Of a stretch of 59,709 bases of DNA, positions 36,225 to 45,979 are shown piece after piece. The position numbers and the translations under genes were made by a program. Numbering within the stretch: position 1 is the first letter of the stretch; each line of letters starts with the position of its first letter. This DNA comes from a virus (taxonomy: Duplodnaviria; Caudoviricetes): positions 1-59,709 of the IMG/VR virus record IMGVR_UViG_3300024999_000116; one strand, given 5' to 3'. The notes below the pieces were generated by a model, which saw only the letters and a list, made by a program, of their open reading frames with translations, ran no database searches and had not been told where the DNA came from.

Positions 36225-36846
36225 CGCTGTTGTATGGCGTGTAGGTAGTCATAAATGCCTTAATGCCGAACAAGTGCAGGTATTACTATTCCCATTAACC
36301 GCATCCGGCAAAAGGAAGAGTCAGCAGAGATTAAAGAGGTTAACTGACCAATTAAGGTTACGGCGTTTCCGCTATTCGCTGGAAGAACCTTATGCCTACT
36401 TTCATAAGGAAATTAAACAGATAGAACATACCGTTTTACTTAATTGGGCGGTTATTTGGATAGAGCGAAACTTAAAGTCATGGGAAGAAATTTACTCCGT
36501 AGATTTTAATTATGACATGAAAATACTAATTGCAGATAGTTTTATTGCTATCAAAAACACAATCACGGGTAGTTTTAGGTTTCTATTTATCGAAATGGAT
36601 ATTCATCATCCCGGCAATGAATTTGATAAGGTCCGTAAATACAATAAGTTGTATGATAATTTACCGGATCAGTGGTGGGTTAAAAGCACCAAGAGATTTC
36701 CTGCTGTTTTATTGGTCACGAATGACGAGCGCAAATTAAAGGAAATTAATAAGTTAATTAAGTCGGAGAATAAAAACGGACTGGAGTTTAAAAGTTATAT
36801 TGTGGGAGATTTAAGAAAAGAGGTTATGGTAATAAGGGAGGTTTAA
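36190..36846 (+). CDS. Replication-relaxation family protein
   Basis: RDNAV..Q..LLF..RLKRL, IEHTVLLN, ADSF..FIEMD..FDKVRKY; follows FtsK. Confidence 0.7.
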   Translation: MSHRKHGYCRDNAVVWRVGSHKCLNAEQVQVLLFPLTASGKRKSQQRLKRLTDQLRLRRFRYSLEEPYAYFHKEIKQIEHTVLLNWAVIWIERNLKSWEEIYSVDFNYDMKILIADSFIAIKNTITGSFRFLFIEMDIHHPGNEFDKVRKYNKLYDNLPDQWWVKSTKRFPAVLLVTNDERKLKEINKLIKSENKNGLEFKSYIVGDLRKEVMVIREV

Positions 36847-36853
36847 GTTAATT

Positions 36854-37300
36854 ATGCTTATACAAGTACCTGCTGCTACAAAAGTGATTGGCCTAATTAT
36901 GGTAGCTTTTATGTCCATATCTGGCTTAATTAGTATAGACAGACATGACGTTATTGTTCGTAAAGATAAGAGTAAGAACTGTACCACATATGAAATTATC
37001 ACAAATGAAAAAGGCAAAATATACGAAGTTACCGTTGTAGAATATATAGAGGAAAGTGGAAGTTGGTTTGATTGTCCAGACGTTATTATTAAAGATAAAA
37101 GTACAACTAAAGAATGGGTTGAAACAGGTTTTGGACACGAAACATCATGGGGAGATTTCTATAAAAAATTAGCTAGTGATGAAAAAGTCAATATAGATAG
37201 ACTGATTGATTTTTTAGGGAGAGACTATGAGGTTGTTAAGCGTGATCTAGATAAGCAAGCACTAAAAACAAGAGTTAATGAGAGATGGTTTAATAAATAA
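36854..37300 (+). CDS. Hypothetical membrane-anchored protein
   Basis: N-terminal hydrophobic segment. Confidence 0.45.
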   Translation: MLIQVPAATKVIGLIMVAFMSISGLISIDRHDVIVRKDKSKNCTTYEIITNEKGKIYEVTVVEYIEESGSWFDCPDVIIKDKSTTKEWVETGFGHETSWGDFYKKLASDEKVNIDRLIDFLGRDYEVVKRDLDKQALKTRVNERWFNK

Positions 37301-37321
37301 CTTACGCCGGGAGGTTTTGGA

Positions 37322-37618
37322 GTGAAGTATATTGCGGCGATAATTGGGTTATTATTATCTCCAACGGTTGCGTTTGCATTATCAGAAGGTTTGCGTAACA
37401 CGATGGCAAATACCTTTGGTTGGGGTGGTGTTGGTAATAAGATAGTCATTCTTATGGTAATAGCGGTTGGTAGTTGGGTTGCTGAAATGGTTGCCGGTGC
37501 TGTCGGTAAGGGTAACTTTTGTGCCGTAATAAAAATAGTAGCAACATTTCTGGCCATAATATTAGTTATCGGGGTTGCCTTAGATTTACTAGATCACGTA
37601 TCAAGAATATTTGTGTAG
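37322..37618 (+). CDS. Membrane protein, weakly SpoIIIAC/AD-like
   Basis: Signal peptide plus TM hairpin with GK turn. Confidence 0.45.
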   Translation: MKYIAAIIGLLLSPTVAFALSEGLRNTMANTFGWGGVGNKIVILMVIAVGSWVAEMVAGAVGKGNFCAVIKIVATFLAIILVIGVALDLLDHVSRIFV

Positions 37619-37626
37619 GTGATACT

Positions 37627-37848
37627 ATGTTTACGATTATACAGGTTATAGTTTTTGTCATTGTCTGTGTATGTCTGCCTGAGTTGATGCTGTTGGCGTT
37701 GATTGGTCTAATTGGTTTCATAGTATGTAAGGTGACAAATAGAAGAAGTATAGGGCAAATGATACTGCTATTAGTTGTATTTCTAGGATTGGATATTATT
37801 GTTAGTAAAGTGCAGGAGATAATTGACTTCGGGAAGTTCGTTAATTAA
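37627..37848 (+). CDS. Small membrane protein
   Basis: ATG after AGGTGA; three hydrophobic segments. Confidence 0.5.
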   Translation: MFTIIQVIVFVIVCVCLPELMLLALIGLIGFIVCKVTNRRSIGQMILLLVVFLGLDIIVSKVQEIIDFGKFVN

Positions 37849-38079
37849 TGAGTTGGCCGGTTATGCGGTCAATCAGTCAGTCAACTTGTCCACGTTTCGC
37901 GCTGCTGATATAATCAGTTGTTCCTCCTGATTATATACCGGAATTTTATGCTTGTCCATTTTACCGTATTTGCTGACTTTTTAGAGTGTTATTCGTTCTC
38001 TAGATATGTAGGGGTGCGAGTAGATAAACGAACGGAGAACGATTAGCGTGACGAATAATTTAAAAGGAGTTGTTTTTGT

Positions 38080-38277
38080 ATGAAAAGAGAAGAATTTGAG
38101 AAATTTTCACAATTTACTGAGGAAAAAATAAACGAATTAGAATTCGCAGACATAGACATTGAAGAAAAATTCGACAGGATAATGAACGTATGTTTTGCGC
38201 TGCTCAATATGTGCGATGCTTTTGTTGATATTATGTCGGATGAAGAATTAGAGGGAATTAAGTTAACTCAGGAATAG
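38080..38277 (+). CDS. Acidic hypothetical protein
   Basis: AAGGAG RBS; terminator taaccc-gaaa-gggtta-T7 follows. Confidence 0.5.
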   Translation: MKREEFEKFSQFTEEKINELEFADIDIEEKFDRIMNVCFALLNMCDAFVDIMSDEELEGIKLTQE

Positions 38278-38343
38278 GAAAGCTTGTAACCCGAAAGGGT
38301 TATTTTTTTTCGGTACATTTGTGCTGGATACGGTAGAAAAGTA

Positions 38344-38372
38344 TTGCATTGTATATCTAAACGGTATATAAT
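38344..38372 (+). promoter_or_regulatory. sigma-A promoter of the early small-gene operon
   Basis: TTGCAT-17-TATAAT. Confidence 0.65.
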
Positions 38373-38391
38373 ATATGTGAGGTGATAAATA

Positions 38392-38523
38392 TTGAAACGC
38401 CGTAATATTTTTATGGATGATGAAAGATACGAGAAACTAAAGGGGGAAGCGGAAAAACAGAAGTTGAAAGTCTCTGAGTTGATACGCCGTATTATTGATG
38501 AATGGTTGAAGAAAAGGAGGTAG
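38392..38523 (+). CDS. CopG-like RHH regulator
   Basis: MKRRNIFMDDERYEKLKGEAEKQKLKVSELIRRIIDEWL. Not in the ORF track. Confidence 0.75.
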   Translation: MKRRNIFMDDERYEKLKGEAEKQKLKVSELIRRIIDEWLKKRR

Positions 38524-38527
38524 GGAA

Positions 38528-38758
38528 ATGTCTGATGATTTTATTACCTGCGGAGATTGCGAGTGTCAAGATAGTGAATTTGGTTGCAGTCAACTCAGCG
38601 ACACTAAAAGATGTGAGAGTTTTGGTAGTCCTGACGGCATGGATGGTTCCTGTCATTATTGCTCCGAAGATAATAAAGATTTATTTGAAAGATGTATTGA
38701 ATATAGTGACAGAGATATTAAGCCAAAGAAAGTTAAGGAGGAAACCAGTGAGCGATAA
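38528..38758 (+). CDS. Cys-rich hypothetical protein
   Basis: AGGAGG RBS. Confidence 0.5.
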   Translation: MSDDFITCGDCECQDSEFGCSQLSDTKRCESFGSPDGMDGSCHYCSEDNKDLFERCIEYSDRDIKPKKVKEETSER

Positions 38759-39179
38759 ACTACCAGATAAAATAATCCCAATTTCAACTCTCCGAATTAT
38801 CATGGATAAGAATAAGAAATGCACCTGCCGTAACCGTAAGTTTTACATCGACACTCAGAACAGAGAAATATCGTGTCAAGAGTGTGGGGCGATTGTCCAT
38901 CCCTATAATGCCTTGTTTGATATTGCTATGCACTATGAGCGAATAGAGGAAGAAGTAAACAATCTTTTAGCGGTACGGCAGCAGATAGTAGATTATAAAC
39001 CACATCTATTAGCAATGCGTGAGCTAGAGAAGATTTACAGAAGGGATATGTTGCCTTCCTGTCCTCATTGCCATAAGGGTATATATGCGAAAGAGTTGTT
39101 GATTTCTGGCGTAAGCAAGAAGCATGAGGAACAGCGGAGATTGTTTGCGGAGAAAGCGAAGAAGGAGGAAAACCAATGA
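38748..39179 (+). CDS. Hypothetical Zn-binding phage protein
   Basis: GTG after AGGAGG; CxC, CxxC, CPHC. Confidence 0.55.
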   Translation: MSDKLPDKIIPISTLRIIMDKNKKCTCRNRKFYIDTQNREISCQECGAIVHPYNALFDIAMHYERIEEEVNNLLAVRQQIVDYKPHLLAMRELEKIYRRDMLPSCPHCHKGIYAKELLISGVSKKHEEQRRLFAEKAKKEENQ

Positions 39180-39394
39180 ACCTAATAGATGCTCACGTTA
39201 CAAAAGTTTTGGGCAAACGTGAAGTAGATGCCAATAAAGAGTGGAATTTAAGTGCAAACGACGCTCTTCATGGCAGACAATACACTATCGTTACCGTTGA
39301 GTATGTCGATATGGGCGGTTCCGGTACTACAGATTTGTGGTTTGCTAGAGGTAAAGAACCTGACATTGAACCTGGATTTATATTTCAGCATTAA
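39176..39394 (+). CDS. Hypothetical protein
   Basis: Coupled ORF with RBS. Confidence 0.5.
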   Translation: MNLIDAHVTKVLGKREVDANKEWNLSANDALHGRQYTIVTVEYVDMGGSGTTDLWFARGKEPDIEPGFIFQH

Positions 39395-39408
39395 GGAGGA
39401 AAACTAAC

Positions 39409-40113
39409 TTGCCACAAATGTACGGAATATATAACTCAATGAGAAAGGAATTTCAATTCGGCATATGCGAACCTACTAAGTTAAAGGCAGAGAAAAAACT
39501 CTTTGATAAAATAGGTAAGGATGCTTATAGGTGGAGGTTTGATGTTAAGTTGTTGCCGAAGGATAAGGAGGTTGCTCCAATTAACAGCATGAAATGTGTT
39601 GCGGTCATAGGTAGTCAGAAACCTACCGCTATTCAAGAAAGTATTTGTCGTGAATATGTGCGTGATTTAGTTAATCGTGGTTTCGGTATTAAGACCGGCG
39701 GGTGTAAGGGTATTGATCAGATTGCTATGGATGAAGTAAATAAGATTAATCCTAATGTCGTATTTGTTGTATTGCCTTGGGGTAGTTATGAGCGACAGGC
39801 GATTAAGAAGGGTAATAAAATAGAAATATATAACCCCAAAATACATACGGAATGGACTGAATCGGTTTATCGTTATCATCCGCATAGTAGGTCATTAAGG
39901 CAAGGAACATTTAAGTTGCAGGCAAGGAATTATGGCATTGTGCATGATGCGGTCGCTGTTCTGGCATTTCCGAGTAATAAACCTAACTATGGTGGTACAG
40001 GTCAGGGTATGAGAATAGCGCAGGGATTAGCTAAAAGGTTAAAGGCGCTTGATTACGCCGGACGTGAAATATTGATTGGATTTTCGGAGATAAAAAAGGA
40101 GGAAAACAATTGA
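39409..40113 (+). CDS. SLOG/DprA-like nucleotide-binding domain protein
   Basis: VAVIGSQ..KTGGCKGIDQIA..RNYGIV..GGTGQ. Confidence 0.7.
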   Translation: MPQMYGIYNSMRKEFQFGICEPTKLKAEKKLFDKIGKDAYRWRFDVKLLPKDKEVAPINSMKCVAVIGSQKPTAIQESICREYVRDLVNRGFGIKTGGCKGIDQIAMDEVNKINPNVVFVVLPWGSYERQAIKKGNKIEIYNPKIHTEWTESVYRYHPHSRSLRQGTFKLQARNYGIVHDAVAVLAFPSNKPNYGGTGQGMRIAQGLAKRLKALDYAGREILIGFSEIKKEENN

Positions 40114-40481
40114 CCAAAGATCAAATCATAGCAATGAAACCTGGTCGCGAATTAGATGCTCTAGTCGCTGAAAATGTTTTTGATTGGGGCAAGGATAAAA
40201 TATACCATGAGTTAAAAATGGTTCGACAGGATTTAAGTTATCTGCCACACTATAGCACCGAAATTAAGTCAGCGTTACCGATAATGACTATGATGCGGAT
40301 AAGTATTATCTGTTCGGAAGATGGTTGGTATGCTGTCGTGACGGATGATGTTATTCACGGTTTTAATATAATAAAACCAGACATATCTCAGAGGGTTTGC
40401 GGCAAACATTGGGCGTTAGCTGATAATGTACCGGAGGCAATTTGTAAGGCGGCGTTATGTGCTGTGACAGAGAGGGAGTAA
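40110..40481 (+). CDS. Phage ABA-sandwich (BC1872-like) protein
   Basis: GRELDALVAE..PHYST..PEAICKAAL. Confidence 0.7.
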   Translation: MTKDQIIAMKPGRELDALVAENVFDWGKDKIYHELKMVRQDLSYLPHYSTEIKSALPIMTMMRISIICSEDGWYAVVTDDVIHGFNIIKPDISQRVCGKHWALADNVPEAICKAALCAVTERE

Positions 40482-40487
40482 GGTTAA

Positions 40488-40802
40488 TTGAGAAAACACG
40501 AACCTAAAATTTGTATCAAGTGTGGCAAGGAATACATACCTACTAGCGGACCACAGAAGTTTTGCCTTAATTGTAAACCTCCACACTGTGAGGGTTGTGA
40601 GAGAATTGAATTAGCGGTAGAAGTAGAGCGCAGACGTATTGCTAAGTTAATTTTTAATACCCGTAAATTTCTAACCTTAGTACCGTGTGTCAGTAGAACC
40701 ATATATGACGACCATTGCGTTAAGTGCAAAACTGTTTGCGAATGGTACAAAACTATGGTTATCGTTGCTGAGGAAATTAAGGAAGGGGATGAAGTCAATT
40801 GA
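40488..40802 (+). CDS. Hypothetical Zn-finger protein
   Basis: CIKCGKEY..QKFCLNC. Confidence 0.5.
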   Translation: MRKHEPKICIKCGKEYIPTSGPQKFCLNCKPPHCEGCERIELAVEVERRRIAKLIFNTRKFLTLVPCVSRTIYDDHCVKCKTVCEWYKTMVIVAEEIKEGDEVN

Positions 40803-40896
40803 AGTGGATTCACCTTATCACCATAATCACCATTGTCTGCGTATCTGGAGTTGCGATTGGTAGGAAGTATTTTAGCGGTAGGAAGGAGAAGGGTTA

Positions 40897-41352
40897 ATGA
40901 GAGAAATTATTTTTCGCGGCAAACAGAGGGATTTAGCGCACGAACAATTCCCTAAGAAATATCCTAAGCAAGAACGTGAATTTGTCTACGGTACAGGTGT
41001 TTATAGTGACGGTGTGAATTCTTGGCTTCTATTGGAAAATAACGAAAATAAGACATTTTCACAGTTAAAAAGCACTATCATAGACCCTGAGACATTAGGT
41101 CAGTTTTCCGGTCTAAGGGATAGCAAGAGAACAACTGAGTTTCCCGAAGGTCAGATGATTTTTGAGGGTGATATTTTAGAAGAAGAAGAGGGATTTTATT
41201 TTGAGGTTGTCTGGGAAAAGGCAGACGCTAAATTCAGACTTCAATGGAGAACAAAAGGATACCAATGGCCTGAATGGAATAGGGGCGTAAAAATGAGGGT
41301 CATTGGAAATATCCATGAACATAAATACCTGCTGGGTGGGGAGGTTGACTAA
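40897..41352 (+). CDS. YopX family protein
   Basis: MREIIFRGK..TLGQFSGLRD..IFEGDIL..VIGNIHE. Confidence 0.85.
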   Translation: MREIIFRGKQRDLAHEQFPKKYPKQEREFVYGTGVYSDGVNSWLLLENNENKTFSQLKSTIIDPETLGQFSGLRDSKRTTEFPEGQMIFEGDILEEEEGFYFEVVWEKADAKFRLQWRTKGYQWPEWNRGVKMRVIGNIHEHKYLLGGEVD

Positions 41353-41461
41353 TGACTTGGGGTTGGCTTTTGCTTGGTGTTGGTGCAGGTTTTATTTCTG
41401 GATTTGCAACCGGTTTGAATTATTTTGTGAGGACGTATAAGCATAGTAAGGAGGTTGACTA

Positions 41462-41827
41462 ATGGAAGTAGGTCAGAAGGTTTATCTTAAACCGATCAAT
41501 AATGCGCTAAGATATGGTAGCGAGATACGAGAATGTGTTATTACTAAGGTTGGTCGCAAATATTTTTATGCTTGTAAGTCTGGCGAAAGAGAGGACTTTG
41601 CTACTAAGTTTAGCCTAAAAACTATGTTCAATGTCACAACTTATTCTCCTGATTGGGAAGTTTACCTATCTATACAGGATATTCTTGACGAGAGGGAGAG
41701 CGAGGAATTAAACTCCGTTATACGTAAACACTTCGATCATTACGGCAAACCAAAACTCACTCTCGATCAACTCAGGCAGATTAAGCGGATTATTGACGGA
41801 GGGGAGGGAGTAGAGTGTCATTCATAA
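41462..41827 (+). CDS. Beta-barrel hypothetical phage protein
   Basis: EVGQKVY..ITKVGRKYFY. Confidence 0.55.
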   Translation: MEVGQKVYLKPINNALRYGSEIRECVITKVGRKYFYACKSGEREDFATKFSLKTMFNVTTYSPDWEVYLSIQDILDERESEELNSVIRKHFDHYGKPKLTLDQLRQIKRIIDGGEGVECHS

Positions 41828-42967
41828 AATGTAGCGAGACTTACTGTATTTATTCTAAAAACCATCTTTGTTCTAAGGATGATGTTGTTATTAATAATCA
41901 AAAGTGCCATAGTTTTAGTTTTGACATACAAAAGGCTAAAAGATGCCGTGACTGTAGACATGTTTCTGAAAATGAAATGTTTCAACACTGCTGTGGTAAC
42001 GGTAAAGATTTTAGTTATGGTTATCACAAGGAATGTTGGGAGAGTAAGTAAATGCCCTTCGACTACACCAAAACAGAACCGGAATACTGCCTTGGGTGCG
42101 GTAGAAAGTTGACCGCTGCGGAGAGGGCAGAGGGTAAATGTGAGAAATGTGGGGAGGTAGAGGAATGAGTAATATTTACGATGAAAATAAAAAACCTAAC
42201 TGCAAATGTCTGATTAATGCTTCTGATGTTTATAGCGAAAACAATGTCCTGAGAGTTGTTACCGCTGAATTTACTCATGTCTGGTTGAGAAATGCGGAAA
42301 AGGGGTGCAGAATTATTGAATTGAAAAACAACTTCTGTCCTCAGTGTGGGGTTAAATATTCAGATAGACATACAGAAATACTTAACGATGAATATATGGA
42401 GGTGTAAAATGAAAACAACATCAATCCGTAACTGCCAGGCGTGCGGTAAAATATTATTTAGCGGTGAAAAAGTTTTCTTTGCCCCATTTATTAAAGAAAT
42501 TGTCTGCTTTGATTGTGCAGCACCACATCCCGACAGACAAGAACGCATAGTCGAGGACGATGGGGGAGTCGCTCGGGAAGGTGGGTGGTAAGTGTGAATA
42601 ATCAAATACAATTCTACTCTATACCGGAGTGGGCGAAGTATATTGCCTATGACGATCAAATGGGTTGGTTAGCATTTGAAAACAAACCACATCTAACTGA
42701 TAATAATACTTTTTGGAATTGCGAAGGGAGATACAGGGAAGTTTCTCCCGTATTGCCTACCACATTGAAGGAGGTTAATCGTTGAGTAATAAATTTTGCG
42801 GAAACTGCGAGTATCTTTCCCTTACCGAGCAGCAGCAGAAAATTGCGAAAAGAAATGGAGAAAAATATCCTATTCACGTTTGTAATAAATACGGTAAGCA
42901 GGTTTTTCATAACGGCAATCATCCTAATATTGTTAGACTTGCTTGCTGTATGGGATTAACCGATTGA
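41815..42967 (+). other. Run of small Cys-rich hypothetical ORFs (41815-42051, ~42165-42407, ~42409-42591, ~42593-42785, 42782-42967)
   Basis: Tightly packed ORFs, each preceded by a GGAGG-type RBS. Confidence 0.45.
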
Positions 42968-43170
42968 CAAGTAAATTGTAGGGGGTTAGGAATATGGATA
43001 ATACGAAAATTGCAAGCGTCATGCTTAGTGAAATGCGCATATATGTACTGGTAAGAGATTACCTTAAGCAAAAAAAACTGCTTGTATATTAGGAATAGGT
43101 CCATGTGAAGATTGCGGAATGTGTTGGTCAAGTCCGGATGATCAGGACTATATTGTTAGTCTCTTTGATG

Positions 43171-43971
43171 CTAGAGATTAAACAACTTCCTCCACCACGG
43201 CAATTTATTCTCCTGTCGCTCGATAAATTCTTCGGTACGCTGAACACGACTAATAAGATGCTCAACTTTTTTGTGGAGTTGGGCATTTTCATTTGCTATG
43301 GTGTCAATGACGATCTTATTCTCCTGCCGTTCTATTTCCTGTTTCTTTTCAATGCTGACCAGGGCAGCAGTAAAAAATTCTCTCTGCTCAGACAAGGCTA
43401 AACTTATTTTTTCTTCAACCTCTGCCATGTAGTTACGGCCAACGTCAATAATTTTTATTGGTTGCTGATTTTGCGGAGAATATTTTTCCGGTTCAACTGT
43501 CAAAATTTCTTTGTCGATTAAGTTATCCACAGGTTCGGTGTTTTCTAAGTTTGCAAAATTCTTGTTTTCTATCTTAGTTTCTATCTTACCGCTTCTCCAA
43601 TTATCCAAGTTTAAGATAGAAACCAACTTCTTTGGATAGGTTTTTCCCGGCACTTCAACGAATGGCATGCCTGCCTTAATCCAATTGCGAATAGTTTTAT
43701 CTGAGCGCAGGCCACAGTATTCGGCTGCTTCTGGTATGGTTAATAGTTTGTCTTGATTTGGTTCCATGTTTTCTACCTTCTTTTCCATGTTCCTATTTAG
43801 ATAATATTTAAGTGCATTACTTTTATTAATTAAAACATAAAGATCATAATCATCATTATTATTATAAGTATGGTTATTTTCTATGTAATTTAGATGTATT
43901 CTATGTTGTTTTCGATGTTTGACTTCTGTCTTTTGGTAGTATAATTCTAAATTCCTCAACGCCTGTCCCAT
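43171..43971 (-). CDS. HTH plus coiled-coil protein with C-terminal WWxxLF (plasmid-associated, Par-like)
   Basis: LTIPEAAEYCGLRSDKTIRNWIKAG, coiled coil, KLPWWRKLF; start uncertain. Confidence 0.55.
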   Translation of the reverse strand: MGQALRNLELYYQKTEVKHRKQHRIHLNYIENNHTYNNNDDYDLYVLINKSNALKYYLNRNMEKKVENMEPNQDKLLTIPEAAEYCGLRSDKTIRNWIKAGMPFVEVPGKTYPKKLVSILNLDNWRSGKIETKIENKNFANLENTEPVDNLIDKEILTVEPEKYSPQNQQPIKIIDVGRNYMAEVEEKISLALSEQREFFTAALVSIEKKQEIERQENKIVIDTIANENAQLHKKVEHLISRVQRTEEFIERQENKLPWWRKLFNL

Positions 43972-44206
43972 TAAAATTCCCTCCACTCTAAAATTTTAAG
44001 CGGCAGGGAGTTGACATTTTGGCCTGCATACTCTAAAATAAAAACAGCAAAGCAGGCAGGGGCAACACCTCCGCTTTTGGTAAAAGACACCTTTAACCTT
44101 GGCCGGGTGGGTGTCTTTCGTGTTTAATTGACAATTATTTTAGCATTACCCGGTAAGCAATGCAATGTAATTTATCAAACCCCTCCGCAATGGAAGGGGT
44201 TTTGTT

Positions 44207-44413
44207 TTATCTCACGGACCCGGCGCAGGCATATTCTTCCCTAGTATCAACCAGAGACGCATCCTGCTTCGTCTGACTATACCTTATTATCTTGTTTACC
44301 TCATTAATTCCTTCATGGGTGATGTTTCGGTCAACGGTGATGTTTTCACCGTCAACTACGCAATGGAAAAAACCTTCATAGTCTGCAACAGCACTTACCC
44401 TAATAGCAACCAT
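44207..44413 (-). CDS. Small SOS-regulated protein (candidate antirepressor)
   Basis: AAGGGGG RBS; LexA box directly upstream. Confidence 0.5.
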   Translation of the reverse strand: MVAIRVSAVADYEGFFHCVVDGENITVDRNITHEGINEVNKIIRYSQTKQDASLVDTREEYACAGSVR

Positions 44414-44423
44414 CCCCCTTTTA

Positions 44424-44437
44424 CGAACACTTGTTTT
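44424..44437. promoter_or_regulatory. LexA/DinR (Cheo) box
   Basis: CGAAC-ACTT-GTTTT between a leftward TTGAAT-17-TATTAT promoter and the RBS. Confidence 0.6.
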
Positions 44438-44510
44438 ATGATGTATATAATAATACGCTCAGTGTCCGTAAAATTCAAGTTCATAGTTTCCCATAATTTC
44501 GACAAATAAA

Positions 44511-44912
44511 TTACATATTCCTTACTTTAGTGATTGTTTTTAATAATTCTTCGACAATTTCAGGCGGTATTTGGTCAGTGTACGCCTTTTTAGCCAGTAA
44601 CAAATAAGGCAGCGTTTCCTTGTCAAGTAGCATTTGCTTAATTTCTTTAGTTAATACCTCGTTTACTTCCGAAATGTCAAAAACAGTACGAGCGTTTTCT
44701 GAAAAGAAGTACATAGGTGATACATTTAACGCGGTAGCAAGTCTTTCAATAACTTTAATTCCAGGACTTTTACGCTTTCCGCTTTCAATCTCAGCAATTG
44801 TGTTTGTTGATACAGCTTTTGCATCTTCTTTTGTTATGGTTTTTGCCGACAATTCATCCATACTCAAACCTCTGTTGCTTCTTAAACTATACAACTTATC
44901 CTTAATCTCCAC
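44511..44912 (-). CDS. CI-like Xre repressor
   Basis: LYSLRSNRGLSMDELS..IAEIESGKRKSP..LATALNVS; divergent from Cro. Confidence 0.8.
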   Translation of the reverse strand: MEIKDKLYSLRSNRGLSMDELSAKTITKEDAKAVSTNTIAEIESGKRKSPGIKVIERLATALNVSPMYFFSENARTVFDISEVNEVLTKEIKQMLLDKETLPYLLLAKKAYTDQIPPEIVEELLKTITKVRNM

Positions 44913-45018
44913 ACAATATTCCCCCTCTTTATCTCTATAATTATATTTCCTATCCTTAATTCAGTATATAGGTTGTTGTTGGTAACGACAATTTCATAGA
45001 AAAATTTACTTAATACAG

Positions 45019-45046
45019 TTGACATACACTATATAAAGTGTATAAT
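45019..45046 (+). promoter_or_regulatory. Lytic promoter with palindromic operator
   Basis: TTGACA-16-TATAAT; atacact-N6-agtgtat dyad between the hexamers. Confidence 0.7.
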
Positions 45047-45126
45047 AGGTAATAGAAGAAAGGTTTTAATTTTTTGTATAGAAATACTTTTCTCAGTATA
45101 AATAAACTGAAAGGAGGATAAGTGAC

Positions 45127-45360
45127 TTGAAGAAACGTGTTGGGTTAAATATTGCAAAGCGACGAAAACAACAAGGTCTTTTGCAAAGCGATCTTAGTAA
45201 ATCAACAGGCATTACCCAACAAAATATAAGTAGACTTGAAGTTGGCGAAAATCCTAATCCATCGGTAAATACGTTACAGCGCATTGCCGATGCCTTAAAC
45301 TGTGATTTGGTTGATCTGCTGTCTTATAAAACTGAATCCAGTTCCGATTTACTTAATTAA
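45127..45360 (+). CDS. Cro-like Xre regulator
   Basis: IAKRRKQQGLLQSDLS..ISRLEVG..NPSVNTLQRIADAL. Confidence 0.85.
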   Translation: MKKRVGLNIAKRRKQQGLLQSDLSKSTGITQQNISRLEVGENPNPSVNTLQRIADALNCDLVDLLSYKTESSSDLLN

Positions 45361-45432
45361 TGATATGTATATGCGGTAATGATTATGAAAGTTTTTTAAA
45401 TATTTAAAATATTATTTTTAGGAGGAATGTAA

Positions 45433-45795
45433 GTGTTGGGTCAGTCAAAAGAAAGAATAAGCGGACACGATTCTGTGATAGAAGTCGTGTATAAAATGTC
45501 TGACGGAAACCCCGGAGCAATATCAGTTTTGGCGCAAATTATGAGTGGAGAGTTTCACGGCGTACCAGGATTTATATTGATGCTTAATTTAGATTCTATA
45601 GGTATTTACGGTGCGAACATTTGGATGCTTTATAAAGATTGTTGTGGAGAGAATATTTTGGAAGTTGAGAAAGTTCTCAGGGCATGGCAATTAGGTAAAA
45701 TATCAGAAGAAGATGTTTTGAGCAAGATTAGTGCCGGACAGTCTTTTGATTTACCTACGGTTGATGAAATGCTAAACGAACTTCGTATTAGTTAA
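45433..45795 (+). CDS. Hypothetical phage protein
   Basis: MSDGNPGAISVL..LDSIGIYG..IWMLYKD. Confidence 0.55.
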   Translation: MLGQSKERISGHDSVIEVVYKMSDGNPGAISVLAQIMSGEFHGVPGFILMLNLDSIGIYGANIWMLYKDCCGENILEVEKVLRAWQLGKISEEDVLSKISAGQSFDLPTVDEMLNELRIS

Positions 45796-45979
45796 ATGAA
45801 CTGGTATTAGAAAGTTGGTGTATCGTTGAAAGTACCCATAGTTGAAAACTGCTCTAATTGCAAGTTTTGGAAAGAAGTCGAAGGAAAAATACCGTTCAGA
45901 TGCACCAAGCACGGCATAAAGTTTTTCACGCCGGGGTGTAATCCGTGTTATTCATTTGAGGCGAAGGAGGACAAGCAGG

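Noticed and set aside
38502-38747. N-terminal extension of the 225-aa ORF
   Set aside because: Overlaps the RHH gene and 38528-38758; a better start is the GTG at 38748 with AGGAGG.
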